Assembly: GCF_006345805.1 (NCBI RefSeq)
Contig: NC_043020.1
Span: 3,596,001-3,660,000, forward strand
Length of the DNA stretch: 64,000 nt
Direction: 5' to 3'
Origin: Octopus sinensis
Taxonomy: Eukaryota
In this document: positions 39,663 through 51,510 of the stretch, one piece after another
How positions within the stretch are numbered: position 1 is the stretch's first letter
How the letters are laid out: every line of letters begins with the position of its first letter
Made by a program: the position numbers and the translations under genes
The notes under the pieces: model-generated
The model's database searches: none
What the model was told of the DNA's origin: nothing
The model's input: only the letters and a program-made list of their open reading frames with translations

Positions 39663-39974
39663 TTCAATTAGTTAAAGAGGGAGCCTCTACGGCATCGCAC
39701 GATCTGCTAGGAATAGCAGCCAAAACTCCAACAAACTGCACACTAATAAAGGCTGTGTCAAACTGAGTCCCGCTCAAGCCCAATTGGTCCGTGAAAAAGC
39801 TATGGGAAGAACCTCTGATACAATAAATATATTTTATAAAGATATGGCATTCTACATTTTCAAAATAATAAGCCATATGTTGTTCGTTGCTTCTGTTTTT
39901 ATATAAATACTCTCTCTAAAACAATTGCTTCATTTAACGTCTAATTAAAGCCACGATGACGGAGTGGTGTAGAC

Positions 39975-40276
39975 CTGTGCTTCTCAAACTATCTCAGGTG
40001 GCATACCGGTACCCTTTTTTGTTTTTTGCCAATGTGCCAGGGACCGGTAATATTTCTTAGTATTATTAATCTATACCGGAAACAATATATATATATAACG
40101 AACATAATAAAAGTTGACAATTTCTTTTTTATCTTATATTTATTTTGTAAACAAATAATACAATATTTTATAAGCATTTTATAATGTTTCTTTCTTTTCT
40201 GGAAACTCGCCGCGTACCGGCAGCTGATGGCTCGCGGACCGGCGCCGGTCCGCGACCACCACTTTGAGTGGCACTG
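39975..40276. mobile_element. hAT/Charlie-like MITE, 302 bp
   Basis: TIRs CTGTGCTTCTCAAACT / ACTTTGAGTGGCACTG; 8 bp TSD GTGTAGAC / GTGTAGAT. Confidence 0.8.
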
Positions 40277-40384
40277 GTGTAGATCACGTTGCAACCATGT
40301 GGTTTTGAGTTCAGTCCTTCTGTGTGACACTTTGGGCAAATGTCTTCTATTAAAGTCCCGAGCCGACCAATGACTCGAGTAAAT

Positions 40385-40573
40385 ACAGTTCTATATTTAT
40401 GAGATGAAGAATTATGTACATTATTTACATTTGATGGATATTTGTCCTCATCTTGTTTGTTGTTAACACAACGTTTCGGCTGATATACTCTCCAGCCTTC
40501 ATCAGGTGTCTTGGGGGATAATTTCGAACCTGGGTTCTCATTCCTAAGGTATTTTTCGACGTTTATTATTATT

Positions 40574-40615
<42 letters not shown>

Positions 40616-40695
40616 CAGGTCACTGCCTGGAATTGAACTCAGAATCTTGGGGTTAGTAGCCCGCGCTCCTAACCACTACGCCATATGCTCGTAGG
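40385..40695 (-). mobile_element. tRNA-headed SINE-like element carrying a hammerhead ribozyme
   Basis: Minus strand order: tRNA-like head with A box TGGCGTAGTGG, GGG-CTACTAA-CCC loop and B box-like AGTTCAATTCC (about 40617-40683), then (AAC/AAT)n, then the hammerhead, then an AT-rich tail. A second, headless copy is at 32885-33037. Confidence 0.8.
40465..40510 (-). ncRNA. Type I minimal hammerhead ribozyme motif (family 4, intact copy)
   Basis: Minus strand GACAC-CUGAUGA-A-GGCUG-gagaguauau-CAGCC-GAAA-CG-UU^-GUGUU. All core nucleotides present, palindrome AACGUU, one extra A between A9 and G10.1. Confidence 0.8.
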
Positions 40696-41751
40696 TCTCA
40701 TTCTTTTGTCGTCATTTTATTATTAATATATATATATATCAATAATATTTTTTTTTTCGATATCGGACGGTTGGGCTTCCTGTGATAGAGTGGACCACAA
40801 ACATAGTTGTGAAGTGATGAAGCTGTGACTGTTGTCACTTTCGGTTTCGATCGCAATTTACTTTCACTTTTTAAGACACTAAAATGCAAGTTAACCGATT
40901 TGGAGTCCATCAGCAACCACAAAAACAACAAAAGACCCCTTTCGGGGTTGTTCGAGCAGCTATAAATAACAGGCTAATCTCCCTCATATCACACCCAAAC
41001 CATCTTTAAAAGGGGGAAGACCTTAAACAGTGTAGTCCTAGTTAGCCCTAGAAAAAGATGATCAAAGCTACAATACCTTCGTTCTGTTGGTTCAGAGGTG
41101 ACCTTTTGCTAAATAACAACAGTTTAAACAAGGAAGCTTCTACGTGGTTGCTCGATTTGCTTGAAATAGATACCAAATGTAACTCAAATTACACCCGGCA
41201 TTCATCAAATGAATTTGTGTAGAACATCAAGTAGTGTTGATATCCATAGTCAGTACCACAATGTTTCCTGCAATGCACCCCCCGCCCTCCACGCACACAT
41301 CTACATTTACATTGACACTCACACAAACACATATTGAACTCTATGTTGCTTAAAGCATAAGTTTCGCTAAGGACGTTTAATACGGCCGGAAAAACGTCTC
41401 GTTGGTTCCACCACTTAACGATTTAGACAAAAGACAGTCGGTCGGTAGAATCGTTACGGCGTCAGATAAATTGCTTTGCAATAACCTTTCCAGCTCTCTA
41501 CGCTCTGAGTTCAAATCCAGTCGAGGTCAACTTCGTCTTTTATTCATTCGAAGTTGATAAATAAAGTATCAGTGCTGCATTGAGATCCAATTTTCTCTTT
41601 GTCTAACTTTCTTTCTTTGTGTCTCTCTTTCGTTGTCTGTCTGTTTTTTCCTTCTTTCCTTGTCTTTCTTTTTGTTTTCAGGTTTAGATAGATCGATATT
41701 TATATAGATTGATATATATAGAGAGAGATATTTAGATAGATGATAGATAGA

Positions 41752-41797
<46 letters not shown>

Positions 41798-41804
41798 CAC
41801 ACAC

Positions 41805-41877
<73 letters not shown>

Positions 41878-42404
41878 GAGAGAGATAGAGAGATAGATAG
41901 ATAGATAAATAGATAGATGTAGATAAACCTGTGTACACTTGATCAATAACTTCATAACATTAAACCTTAATCAATTAAATTTGTTGTTTAGTTTCCATCA
42001 TACAGTATGTTACCATGGTATTATGTCGTATTATCCGGCGTTATTAAGATGCTTGGAGGTGCAACAGAGAGAGTCGATAAGCGATGTTTATTCCCATCGT
42101 TTGCGTACGACTTTGTACGGTGTTGTTTCATTTAACGCTGCAGGTTTAGGAACAGATCTTGAAAGCTGGCTTGAAATATTATTGTAAATATCAGCGTGCG
42201 TGCATGTACGTGCGATGTGTGAGAATTGACGTGTGTGTGTCCTCTAGATGACGATGTTTACAATCAGTTTACAGTCAATAAATATAACTGAGCAACATCT
42301 GATAAAGAGATTACAAAGTGAATCACGTGACTTTCTGGCCACCATTTTTTCACTGGGAAATAAACCAAATGATGTATTCGTTCAACTACTCTCTCTGGGA
42401 ATAG

Positions 42405-42470
<66 letters not shown>

Positions 42471-42473
<3 letters not shown>

Positions 42474-42929
42474 ATGGTATTATTAAAATACCATCACAAG
42501 TGGTAAGCGAATTATCAGCCGTACAGGCAAATTAATAAAATATATACATACAACATTAAATATGTACATATACACACAAGGGTATATATGTACATATATA
42601 CTTTGGCTGATGAGAAATCAGGCACCTATTTGGCGCTAAATTTCGAAACCGGTACCAGGTTGACCAGCATTTACTTGTTCTGACCCATTTGAGGTAAGAC
42701 ATTATTATTGTTCACCGATAATTTTTCCTATCTTGTCTGTAATGGGTTTGTGACTATTCGGTGGTACAGAAGTATTTTTTTACTTCTATCATTAACGATA
42801 TAGGTACTCATGTAGTATCCTTGTGTATATATGTACATATCTAATATTGTATGTATATATTTTATTAATTTGCCTGTGCGGCTGATAATTCGCTTACCAC
42901 TCGGGATGGTATTTTAATAATACCATCCC
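42471..42929. mobile_element. 459 bp fold-back element with ~110 bp inverted arms enclosing a hammerhead, inserted in (TA)n
   Basis: 42471-42581 is the near-perfect reverse complement of 42819-42929 (both translate YRDGIIKIPS.VVSELSA.QAN in the ORF track). Each end carries a small GATGGTATT/AATACCATC hairpin. (TA)n on both flanks. Confidence 0.85.
42602..42659 (+). ncRNA. Type I minimal hammerhead ribozyme motif (family 5, canonical core)
   Basis: UUUGG-CUGAUGA-GAAAU-caggcaccuauuuggcgcuaa-AUUUC-GAAA-CCGG-UA^-CCAGG. Perfect consensus core with G10.1-C11.1, palindrome ACCGGU, GUA site after 42654. Confidence 0.88.
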
Positions 42930-42939
42930 TATATTTATT

Positions 42940-43026
<87 letters not shown>

Positions 43027-43548
43027 GTTATACATGCGCGTGTATTTATGTGTTACGTTCAACACATTCCAGCCTATCTAATCTGCAACCTGTTATAACA
43101 AAGTTCACTATAAATAGTTTAACTGTAATTAGGCAATTAAGGGCTGCAACATTAGTCACCATAATGAATATGGGGGGCGGTGGGGGGGGGAATTAAATAA
43201 CTGAAGGAAAGAAGTTACTTTGTTTCATTAAGCTGTTTCGTAGAATTCGGTATTACAAAATACTTCCTTGGTGTGTTTCTCGAAACATGCATTTATGTAT
43301 GTGTGTGTGTGTGTGTGTGTGTATATTCCTTTTTCATTGTTTCATTCATTAGACCGCGGCCATGGTGGGGCACACGTTGAAGAATTTTAGTCGAACGAAT
43401 CAACCCCCCACTACATATTTTGTTAAGCCTTGTAGTTATTCTAATGGTTTTTGTCGAACCGTTAGGTTACGAGGACATAAACACACCAACACTGGTTGTC
43501 GAATGATGGTGGGGAACAATTTCACACACACACACACACACACACTCA

Positions 43549-44230
43549 CACAGGTGGGCTGAAAAGTTCATTAGCTGAGTGTGAAGGAGTGATACTAGAG
43601 CAGGGAAATCTTGCCTGCATTAATTTCAATTTTCTTATTAAAAACTGGATCGTTTCTTTCCAAGGAAACTGATTGTTCAAAGGAGACTTCACAACTAACT
43701 CGTAGCACCTTCTCTTGACCATCAATAAAATTTGGCATCGTGGTGTTATCAAGTACCTACGGGAAAAGGATTTAGGCCCCAAGGACATTTATACTGACAT
43801 GGTTGCTACATTAGTAAATAGCTGACGCTCCATCTTTGTCAACAGTGCAAAAGTTGGGAGCTGAATTTAGAAGAAAAGAGAGTCTTGGAGATGACCCAAT
43901 GTCTGGAGGTCCTGTAACTGCAGTCACCGAGGAAAACATTGATCGTGTTCACCACATGGTGGTGGATTACAAGCGATTGACTACAAAATAAAATAGCCAA
44001 TGCTTTTAGCGATTCCCATGAGAGGGTTGAGAATATTTTGCACAATGAATGTTGATGTGATGAAGGGTTCTGCTCGGTACGTGCCTTATCTTCTGACGCC
44101 TGGTCAAAAGCGGACCAGTTTGATTACACCACAGAAAAATCTAACATTGTTTGAGGCAAATCTTGTTGGTTTCCTCTGAGTGTTTCCTAACCCAGATGAG
44201 TGTTGGCGTTATCACTTCGAGCCAGAGACA
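43549..44230 (+). mobile_element. Degenerate mariner transposon (5' half)
   Basis: TIR-like GGTGGGCTGAAAAGTTCA; WHRGVIKYL..K.L.PKDI..DMVATL; RESLGDDP; KVSARYVP.LLT; TPDECWRYHFEPET. Confidence 0.85.
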
Positions 44231-44301
44231 TAAGTATACGGTATACCGAAGTGGGCATTATAATAATTCGACATTTTAAGAATATAGCACAAACACACAC
44301 A

Positions 44302-44376
<75 letters not shown>

Positions 44377-44676
44377 CGAGATTCTGCAAAATTTCTGTCC
44401 ACAATATTTCACTTACGAGGTATTATTATACCAAAGGTCGAAGATTCTTGCCCTTGAATCCGCGGTATCAGATCGAACCCAGAATCACGTGAATGCAAGG
44501 TGAACTTCTTAACTACATATCCTTGCTTGGACGGAAAAGGTCAGCGGGTATATAGTGCAAATTTGTATGATGTAAGATATTTTGTAGGAAGGTATGAAAT
44601 GTCATTTTGGATTTTTACAGTGGAATGTGTTTTTTTAAAAATATATATATGTATATAATATAAATAATATATATAA

Positions 44677-44747
<71 letters not shown>

Positions 44748-44834
44748 TAATCCAAACATGAAAACACAACAACGCGAGGACGTGGAACAAGTATAGTGTT
44801 ATTGGACGCTCAGGAAAGGAAAGAAAGAAGGAGG

Positions 44835-44869
44835 ATTTAACGTTTCGAGCGGAGCTCTTCGTCAGAAAC
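44835..44869 (-). ncRNA. Type I ultra-minimal hammerhead ribozyme motif (family 6)
   Basis: Minus strand GUUU-CUGACGA-A-GAGC-ucc-GCUC-GAAA-CG-UU^-AAAU (35 nt). Lies in a roughly 180 bp element (about 44743-44925) bounded by (TA)n on both sides. Confidence 0.72.
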
Positions 44870-44923
44870 ATAGGAAAAGGAAAGATTCAAGGAAGGGAAG
44901 ACGGAAGAAAAAAGTCGCCAACG

Positions 44924-44961
<38 letters not shown>

Positions 44962-45580
44962 TATATGGGTACAGGACGTCGCCAAAAGTAAACAACATGA
45001 AATACGAAAGCAAATGAGTTCAATACGCAAACAACGAGAGAAACAAATGGAAAACAGGATAAGTAACATAAAGAATGACCCTTCGTCAGTTGTCGGCTGT
45101 CCATCTACTCCTCATTTCGAGCATTGAACGACAAGATGAGTTTTCGAGGACAGTTGCTCCCATAAGCACAAAAATAAAATTTGGGATTTATTGAGGGTCA
45201 AAGTTGGGAACAAAAACAGGACAGCGGAGACAAACAAGGAAACCGAATGAAACAAACATGGAGAGTCGTTAGACCAGAACGAGAGTAAAATAGCGAATGC
45301 TGGGGAAATATTTTCTTTGACAAGAGAACAGATAGAAGAGATATATATAGGATACGTCCATTCCTTAGGATAGCCCTGAAAGAAAAGGAAAATTATCGAG
45401 TGAGGGAAAGAAAGATGGACGATGGTCACGTGTGAGCAACGAGAGAGAGAGTAAAAGAGAAAGAGGGGGGAGAGGGTTAGAAAACGATGAAGGGGAGGAA
45501 AAGGGAATTAGAGAAAGGATGAGAGAGAAAACGATAGGGGGAGAAAACAGTTTAGAATAGAGTCACATCAAAAGAATTAA

Positions 45581-45620
<40 letters not shown>

Positions 45621-45871
45621 AAGAGTGAGAATGAGAGTGATGGGGAGAGAGAGAAGGGGGGTTGTGTGTGTATGTATGCGTGTGTGAAAGAGAAAGTGAG
45701 AGAGAGAGAGGCAGGGGATTTATGAGGAAATGAGTTGTACATAATTGAAAGTTCTGGGTTCGATCTGGTACCGTGGATTCACGAGCAACAAGGCAAGAGT
45801 CTTCGACCTTGGGTTGAACAATACCTTGTAAATGAATATATATAGGGGATAGAATTTTGCAGAATCTTGGG

Positions 45872-45907
<36 letters not shown>

Positions 45908-47011
45908 GTGTGCGTGTGTGTGCGTGTGTGTGCGTGTGCGTGTTCAGCTAAGAAAAGAAAAATAAGAAAACAAGAAGTAGGTTTCTGGATATAAGCTAAA
46001 AAGACCGAACTTTTGGATATGACCTGCTCGCTGATTGTAAGAAAAATTAGTGACATTTGTGTGTGTGTGTGTGTGTGTGTGTGTGAACTTGAATGAGGCG
46101 ACAGGGTTTACAAAGCGTACATGTGGTGCAGAGGAGTGAATGGCTGTGCAAACACCCGCTTCTACAAAATACACAAAAAGTAAATCAATATGATTTTGCG
46201 TTGGAGGTCAGTCTTCAGAAAACAGGTTTATTTTTATACTTGCCATGTTTATCCACGTGCTTAGTTTTAGAAGCGAATGTCGAATGGTCAGGGTTACCGT
46301 AACCGACTGAACAGCCGTACGATTAGACGTCCGCCATCGGATTCTCTGACTGGCCTTTCCTCGGTGTTTCTCAACCGTTTTTTAAATTTATTTATGGACC
46401 TTTTTGATTATTATTTTATTCTGGTGGACCACCATAGCCATTCGATGTTCAAAAACTAATTTTATAGATACTTCTTCTCTAAATTACATTTTTTTTTACA
46501 CCTTACCTTGCGTAGGTTGAGCTAAGTAAAGCGTTTGAAAAGAAACCTGGTTGGTTCTTGCAATAAGTACATCGAAAGCAAAAGTTTTTCCTAGCGCCAT
46601 AAAATACTATTTGTAGATCCAATTTATTATTTTGCTTGTTCTGAAAGCAATGCTTGTGCAAAGCTGTATCAGACAAAGTCGGCAACGATTCCTTGGATGG
46701 ATATCGGTGCCATGGAAAAGTGGAACATGCTTGCGTGAGCAAGTGTCAGTCTTTCTCAAAAATTCTTACCCAGACCTACATAAACGTGTACAGATATATC
46801 GTTAGTCTTCGACCGACGTAGCCCTATAAAAAATATCTATACTTTCGCTCTTTTTTTTTTTCCATTTCATCAAATTTCTCCCTAAACACCAACACATTTT
46901 CTAACCTGTCTCTGGAATGTCCTTTTACCATTGCTTTGTATCTTGTCATTGCATCCCCTTGGAACAACATAAAGAATGAGTTGTTATTTGTGGTATTATT
47001 TAAGGTGCGAA

Positions 47012-47400
47012 AGGCAGCGAGGTATCGGAATTATTAACACACTGGGCAAAATGTTTCGCGGCATTTCGTCCGTCTTCACGTTCAGAGTTCAAATTCCGCC
47101 TAGGTCGACATTTATTCTTTTATTCTTTTGAGGTCGATAAAATAAGTACCAGTTGAGCACTGGAGTTGATTTTATTGACTTAGCTCTCCCCCGAAACTGC
47201 TGGCCTTGTGCCAAAATTTGAAATCATTATTCAGACTGCAAAAGGCGTCAAGCTGGCTGAATTATTAGAGCGTTGAAGAAAAGCCTTCCGGTATTTGTTC
47301 CGGTTCTGAGTTCAAATACCACCGAAGTCATCTTTGCCTAACGGGTTCGAAAGAATAGAGTCTTAGTCTAGTATTAGGGTCGATGGAATCGACTTAGCTC
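47012..47400 (+). mobile_element. Two head-to-tail SINE family A copies
   Basis: gagttcaaattccgcc...ggtcgataaaataagtaccagtt in the first copy; second copy from about 47248. Confidence 0.78.
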
Positions 47401-48904
47401 CTTCCCTTAAATCACATTCAGCTATCTTCAATTAGGAAAACGTATATTGGATAATGAAGAACTGGTATTCTTTCGTTCATAGGTCTTGCTCGATAAGGGT
47501 TTACCCAGGGCTAAACCACAACAATTAAAGGAGCGACAGCAGTAGCAACTTGCCAACTCTCCAATCATTTACTCTCGTTATATCTAAAAGTCATCACTCA
47601 CCCTCCAAATACTACAGACTCTCCTCCCCTCCTCCTCCTCCCACTCCTCCATACACTAACTGCCATCTTCACCACGACGACGATGACGACGACGACCACC
47701 GCCGCCACCACCACCATCACCACCACCACCACCATCACCACCACCGCCGCCACCACCACCATCACCACCACCACCACCATCACCACCACCATCACCACCA
47801 TCACCACCACCACCACCACCATCACCACCACCACCACCACTTAAAGACTGCCAGTACACGATCAATTTGACGATATCAAATATCAGTTTATAAAGTAATT
47901 ATGTGTAATTGTTTGTCAAACATTGACCAACCCAATCGCATGTGTGTGTTAAGTTTTATGTCCATGTCCATATACGGCAGTACCTCGGTTTCCGAACAAA
48001 TCTGATTGCGAATAAATCGGGCCTAAATAGTAAAATGTAATTGTCAGAAATGTTAATCAAACAGACCGAATTAAGGATTTTTAATTTTGGGTAAGAGTTT
48101 TGAAGTGGCTACTTTAAGTTGGAATAATTATATGAAAAAGAGCGCTCACGTGAAAACAGAGGCAAATTTTAACTCACAAATGAATACTGCTGGCAGTACT
48201 GTGCAAGCAGTCAATAAGAACTCACTACAGTTGACAAAGTAAAGTATTGATTTTTTTCCAGCTGAGTGTGTCCCGTTTTTTCCCTGGCTCAAGCCTAGTC
48301 CTAGGCAAATTGAGAGTAGTCTATTTATGTTGGGGGCGCGGAGTTTCGAGGATAAAATTAAAAGGAAAAGCGTCCTGTGTCAAAGAGAGCACACATGTCA
48401 AATTAGGCGAAATTCGGTTGTAAACTGTAGGAGTAGAAGTGGTTCACACAACACACACATAGACAACTTGCCTTTTAATATTATATATATATATATAGTG
48501 TATACACACCCACATATCCACACATACATATGTGCGGTGTAAAGAGATGATGGTGGCTGTTGAGTAGTGTTTATACATCCGGACCTAATGACTAAGAATA
48601 GTTTCTTGAATTTTTTAAACCTATCCTTTTGTGGACAATTGTATGTATCGCCTACGGAAAACCGTTGACAAATGACTTAATAACCTCCAGCATAGACAAA
48701 ACGGCAGACATTTGTACTTGATGTTATTCTATTTTCTCGCTACCTGGAAGTTGACCTTCCACAGGAGTTGTACTCAGAACGTAATGACCCGGAAGAAACA
48801 CCGATGACATATCTATTCTGCAAACCCATAGCCCTAAATAACTGTTTCTAAAGAAGATCCAGAACCTGGAATATGGAAGGAAGTTGATTAAATTATTTTC
48901 TGTA

Positions 48905-49790
48905 CTTAATTGGTACTTTATTTTTAATGACTCTGAAGAAATTAATGGTTAAGGTGACTTCAGCAGGATTTGAACTCAGAACATTAAAAAAACCGTTCGG
49001 TCCGATGCTCTAATGATTCTGCTATCTCACTACTATAATATAATAGAGTTCTGGTGATCCCCCAACTCACACCATAAAAAAAATCATTATGTAACAGGGT
49101 TGTGGGGTCCTTGTGAAATGTTCTGAGTTCAAATCCTGCCGAGTTCAACTTTACCTTTCATCCTTCCAGTGTCGATTAAAACAGTTCTGAGTGCAAATTC
49201 TGCCGAGGTCGACTTTGCTTATCATCTTTTCGGGATCGATAAAATAGTAACCAGTTGAACACCGTAGTCGATGTAATCGACTACCCCCCCCCCAAAAAAA
49301 AAAATTGCAGGTCCTGTGCTTATAATAGAAAGGATTATCATTGTTGTTGATGTTAAGGTGGTGAGCTGGCAGAATCGTTAGCGTGTCGGACAAAATGCCT
49401 AATAGCACTTCTGGCTCTTTAGTTTCTGAGTTCAAATTCTGACATGATCGACTTTGCCTTCCAACCTTTCTGGGGTCGATAAAATAAGTGTCAATCAACA
49501 AATAGGATCGATATAGTCGACTAACCTTTCCACCAGCATTTCAAGCCTCGTGCCTATAATAAAAAGAACTATTGTTGTTGTTGTTATTATTATTAAGGTA
49601 GCAGGCTGGCAGAATCGCTCCCGGCTCTTTACATTCTGAGTTCAAATTCCACCGAGGTTGACTTTGTCTTTTCCCCCTTTCAGGATCGATACAATACAGT
49701 ACCAGTCAGGTAATGGGATCGATATATTTGACTTTGCCCCCCTCTTCTCAGAATTGCAGACCATGTGTCAAAATAAGAAAGAATTCTTTT
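48905..49790. mobile_element. SINE family A pile-up (one minus copy, four plus copies) just upstream of the SLCO exon
   Basis: ttctgag.(t/g)caaat(t/c)c core repeated at about 49121, 49185, 49424 and 49635 on +; minus copy at 48905-49025. Confidence 0.85.
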
Positions 49791-50025
49791 TGTCGTTGTT
49801 GTAGCTTTGTATCTACGTCAGAAATCTTCGGTATTTTTCAAGTTCTACATTCTGATTTAGAATCTTTGCTTTGCTCCATAAAATATCTTTTAGCTTATCT
49901 CACCTGCTTCGATCCGGTCGGCGATGTTGCTTTCTCTAAAACAATTAGTGAAATTTGAATAATATTTTTAAGAGAAATCTTTGCCGTATTTATTTCTTTC
50001 CTTTTCTGTCTTCCTCCAGGTAACA

Positions 50026-50791
50026 ATGGCGAATGACAAGAATCCAACGCGTGTTGATTTGTCGTCGGAAAACTACGAAGGGAATTCTCTGGCCATGCAT
50101 GAAGATGGCTCTGTGAAAGTAACGCAGCCGATGCTACGCGACAAAAGCAAAGAAGCCCTCGACGACAGAGAAAAAGTGGAATGTGGATTCGCTTCTTTCC
50201 GTCCAAATTTCCTGCAACGATTCAACAATTTGGCATCTTTCACCGTGTTCTGTTCCCTCTCATCTCTCTTCTCGCATGCGCTCACTGCCTACATCTCATC
50301 ACAAATTCCAGATTTAGAGAAGCAGTTTCATCTGAGCAGTTTTCAAAGCGGTTTCATAATTAGTTGTAACGAGATTGGGTTTCTGCTCACCATTCTTTTA
50401 GCCAGTCATTTCGCCCAAAAGACTCACATACCACGGTTTTTGACATTATGTTCGATTTTGTTCGGCCTGGCCACCATTAGTATGTTCTCTACCTTCGTTG
50501 TTCGACCCGAAACATTGTGGGACAGCATCGATAGTTCATCAAGTTCTAAATATCCCTTTCTGTATGAAGAATTGGATTTCCTCTGCACGGATGTCAAACT
50601 GAACAAGAGTGCAGAGCTTGGGAGATGCATTCAAAAAGAAAGGATAAATTACGGTAAAACTCACCTGGCCTACTCTATTTTTATCCTCCTCATGATTATC
50701 CAGGGAATGGCGAAAGCGCCGTGGTCATCGTTAGTTCCTTTGTATATTGACAACAATGTTTCAGACCAGAGCAAAACCGGATTCTATATGG
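50026..50791 (+). CDS. SLCO: SLCO/OATP organic anion transporter, first coding exon (exon 50020-50791)
   Basis: Translation MANDKNPT...ECGFASFRPNFLQRFNNLASFTVFCSLSSLF...YISSQIPDLEKQFHLSSFQSGFIISCNEIGFLL...IIQGMAKAPWSSLVPLYIDNNV...KTGFYMG has the OATP N-terminal signature (CG..F.P..LQ.F, LEK.F.LSS..SG.I.S.NEIG, Y.D.NV). Polypyrimidine acceptor ttttctgtcttcctccag ends at 50019; donor G|gtgagt at 50792 (phase 1). Subfamily not assigned. Confidence 0.95.
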
Positions 50792-50889
50792 GTGAGTATA
50801 TAATATTGTAAACTATATAATAAGATAGATCCCTGAGCTAAATACTGAGAGATTCCATTTTCATGAAAACTACAGTTAAGTCAATGTTA

Positions 50890-51270
50890 ACATATTTAAT
50901 GTAATCAACAAAAAATTTAATTAGAAATGTGGTGAGGAAAAGACATTACTTCAATAACTAATATTATTTTAATCATTTTGGCAAGTACAAGCGTCTCTGA
51001 TTAATGTAATCAACAAAAAAGTTAATTAGAAATGTGGTGAGGAAAAGACATTACTTCAGTTCCTCAGTATTTTATTTTTAAATAGACCTATGCAAATATA
51101 TGCAAATACGGAAAAATCTATGCTTCACTGAGGCGGTCTAATAATACCAAAACGTGTCCGGAATAATTTTCCATGTTTGTTGAAATGATTAAAATATTAG
51201 TAATTGAGCTAATCTTGTCTTTTCCTCACCACATACTTATTTTTAATTGAGTTTTTGAGATGTCTCACTA
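50890..51270. repeat. Intronic fold-back/MITE-like repeat 100 bp after the SLCO donor
   Basis: aatgtggtgaggaaaagaca unit twice on + (period 105 bp, about 50897 and 51002) and once inverted (about 51185-51260). Confidence 0.7.
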
Positions 51271-51302
51271 CGTTAATATGCTAATAGTTGGACAGCATAT
51301 TT

Positions 51303-51510
51303 AAAGCGGCAAGCTGGCAGAAGTGTTAGCGCGACACTGCCTACCAGCACTTCGTTTGTCTTTACGTTCTGAGTTCAAATTCCGTCGAGGTCGATTTTTG
51401 TCTTTCTTTTCGGGATCGATAAAATAAGTACCAGTTAAATACTGGGGGTCGATGTAATCGGCTTAAACCCTCCCCGAAATTGCTGACCTTGTGTGAAATT
51501 TTCAAACCAA
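51303..51510 (+). mobile_element. SINE family A
   Basis: gcggcaagctggcagaagtgttagc...gagttcaaattcc...gggggtcgatgtaatcg. Confidence 0.85.

Noticed and set aside
40617-40683. tRNA gene
   Set aside because: A/B boxes and an anticodon-like loop are present but there is no acceptor stem; treated as a SINE head.
45075-45135. Minus-strand CUGACGA with an upstream GAAA (possible type II hammerhead)
   Set aside because: Only a wobble-rich 4 bp stem II; stems I and III and a UH site could not be formed.
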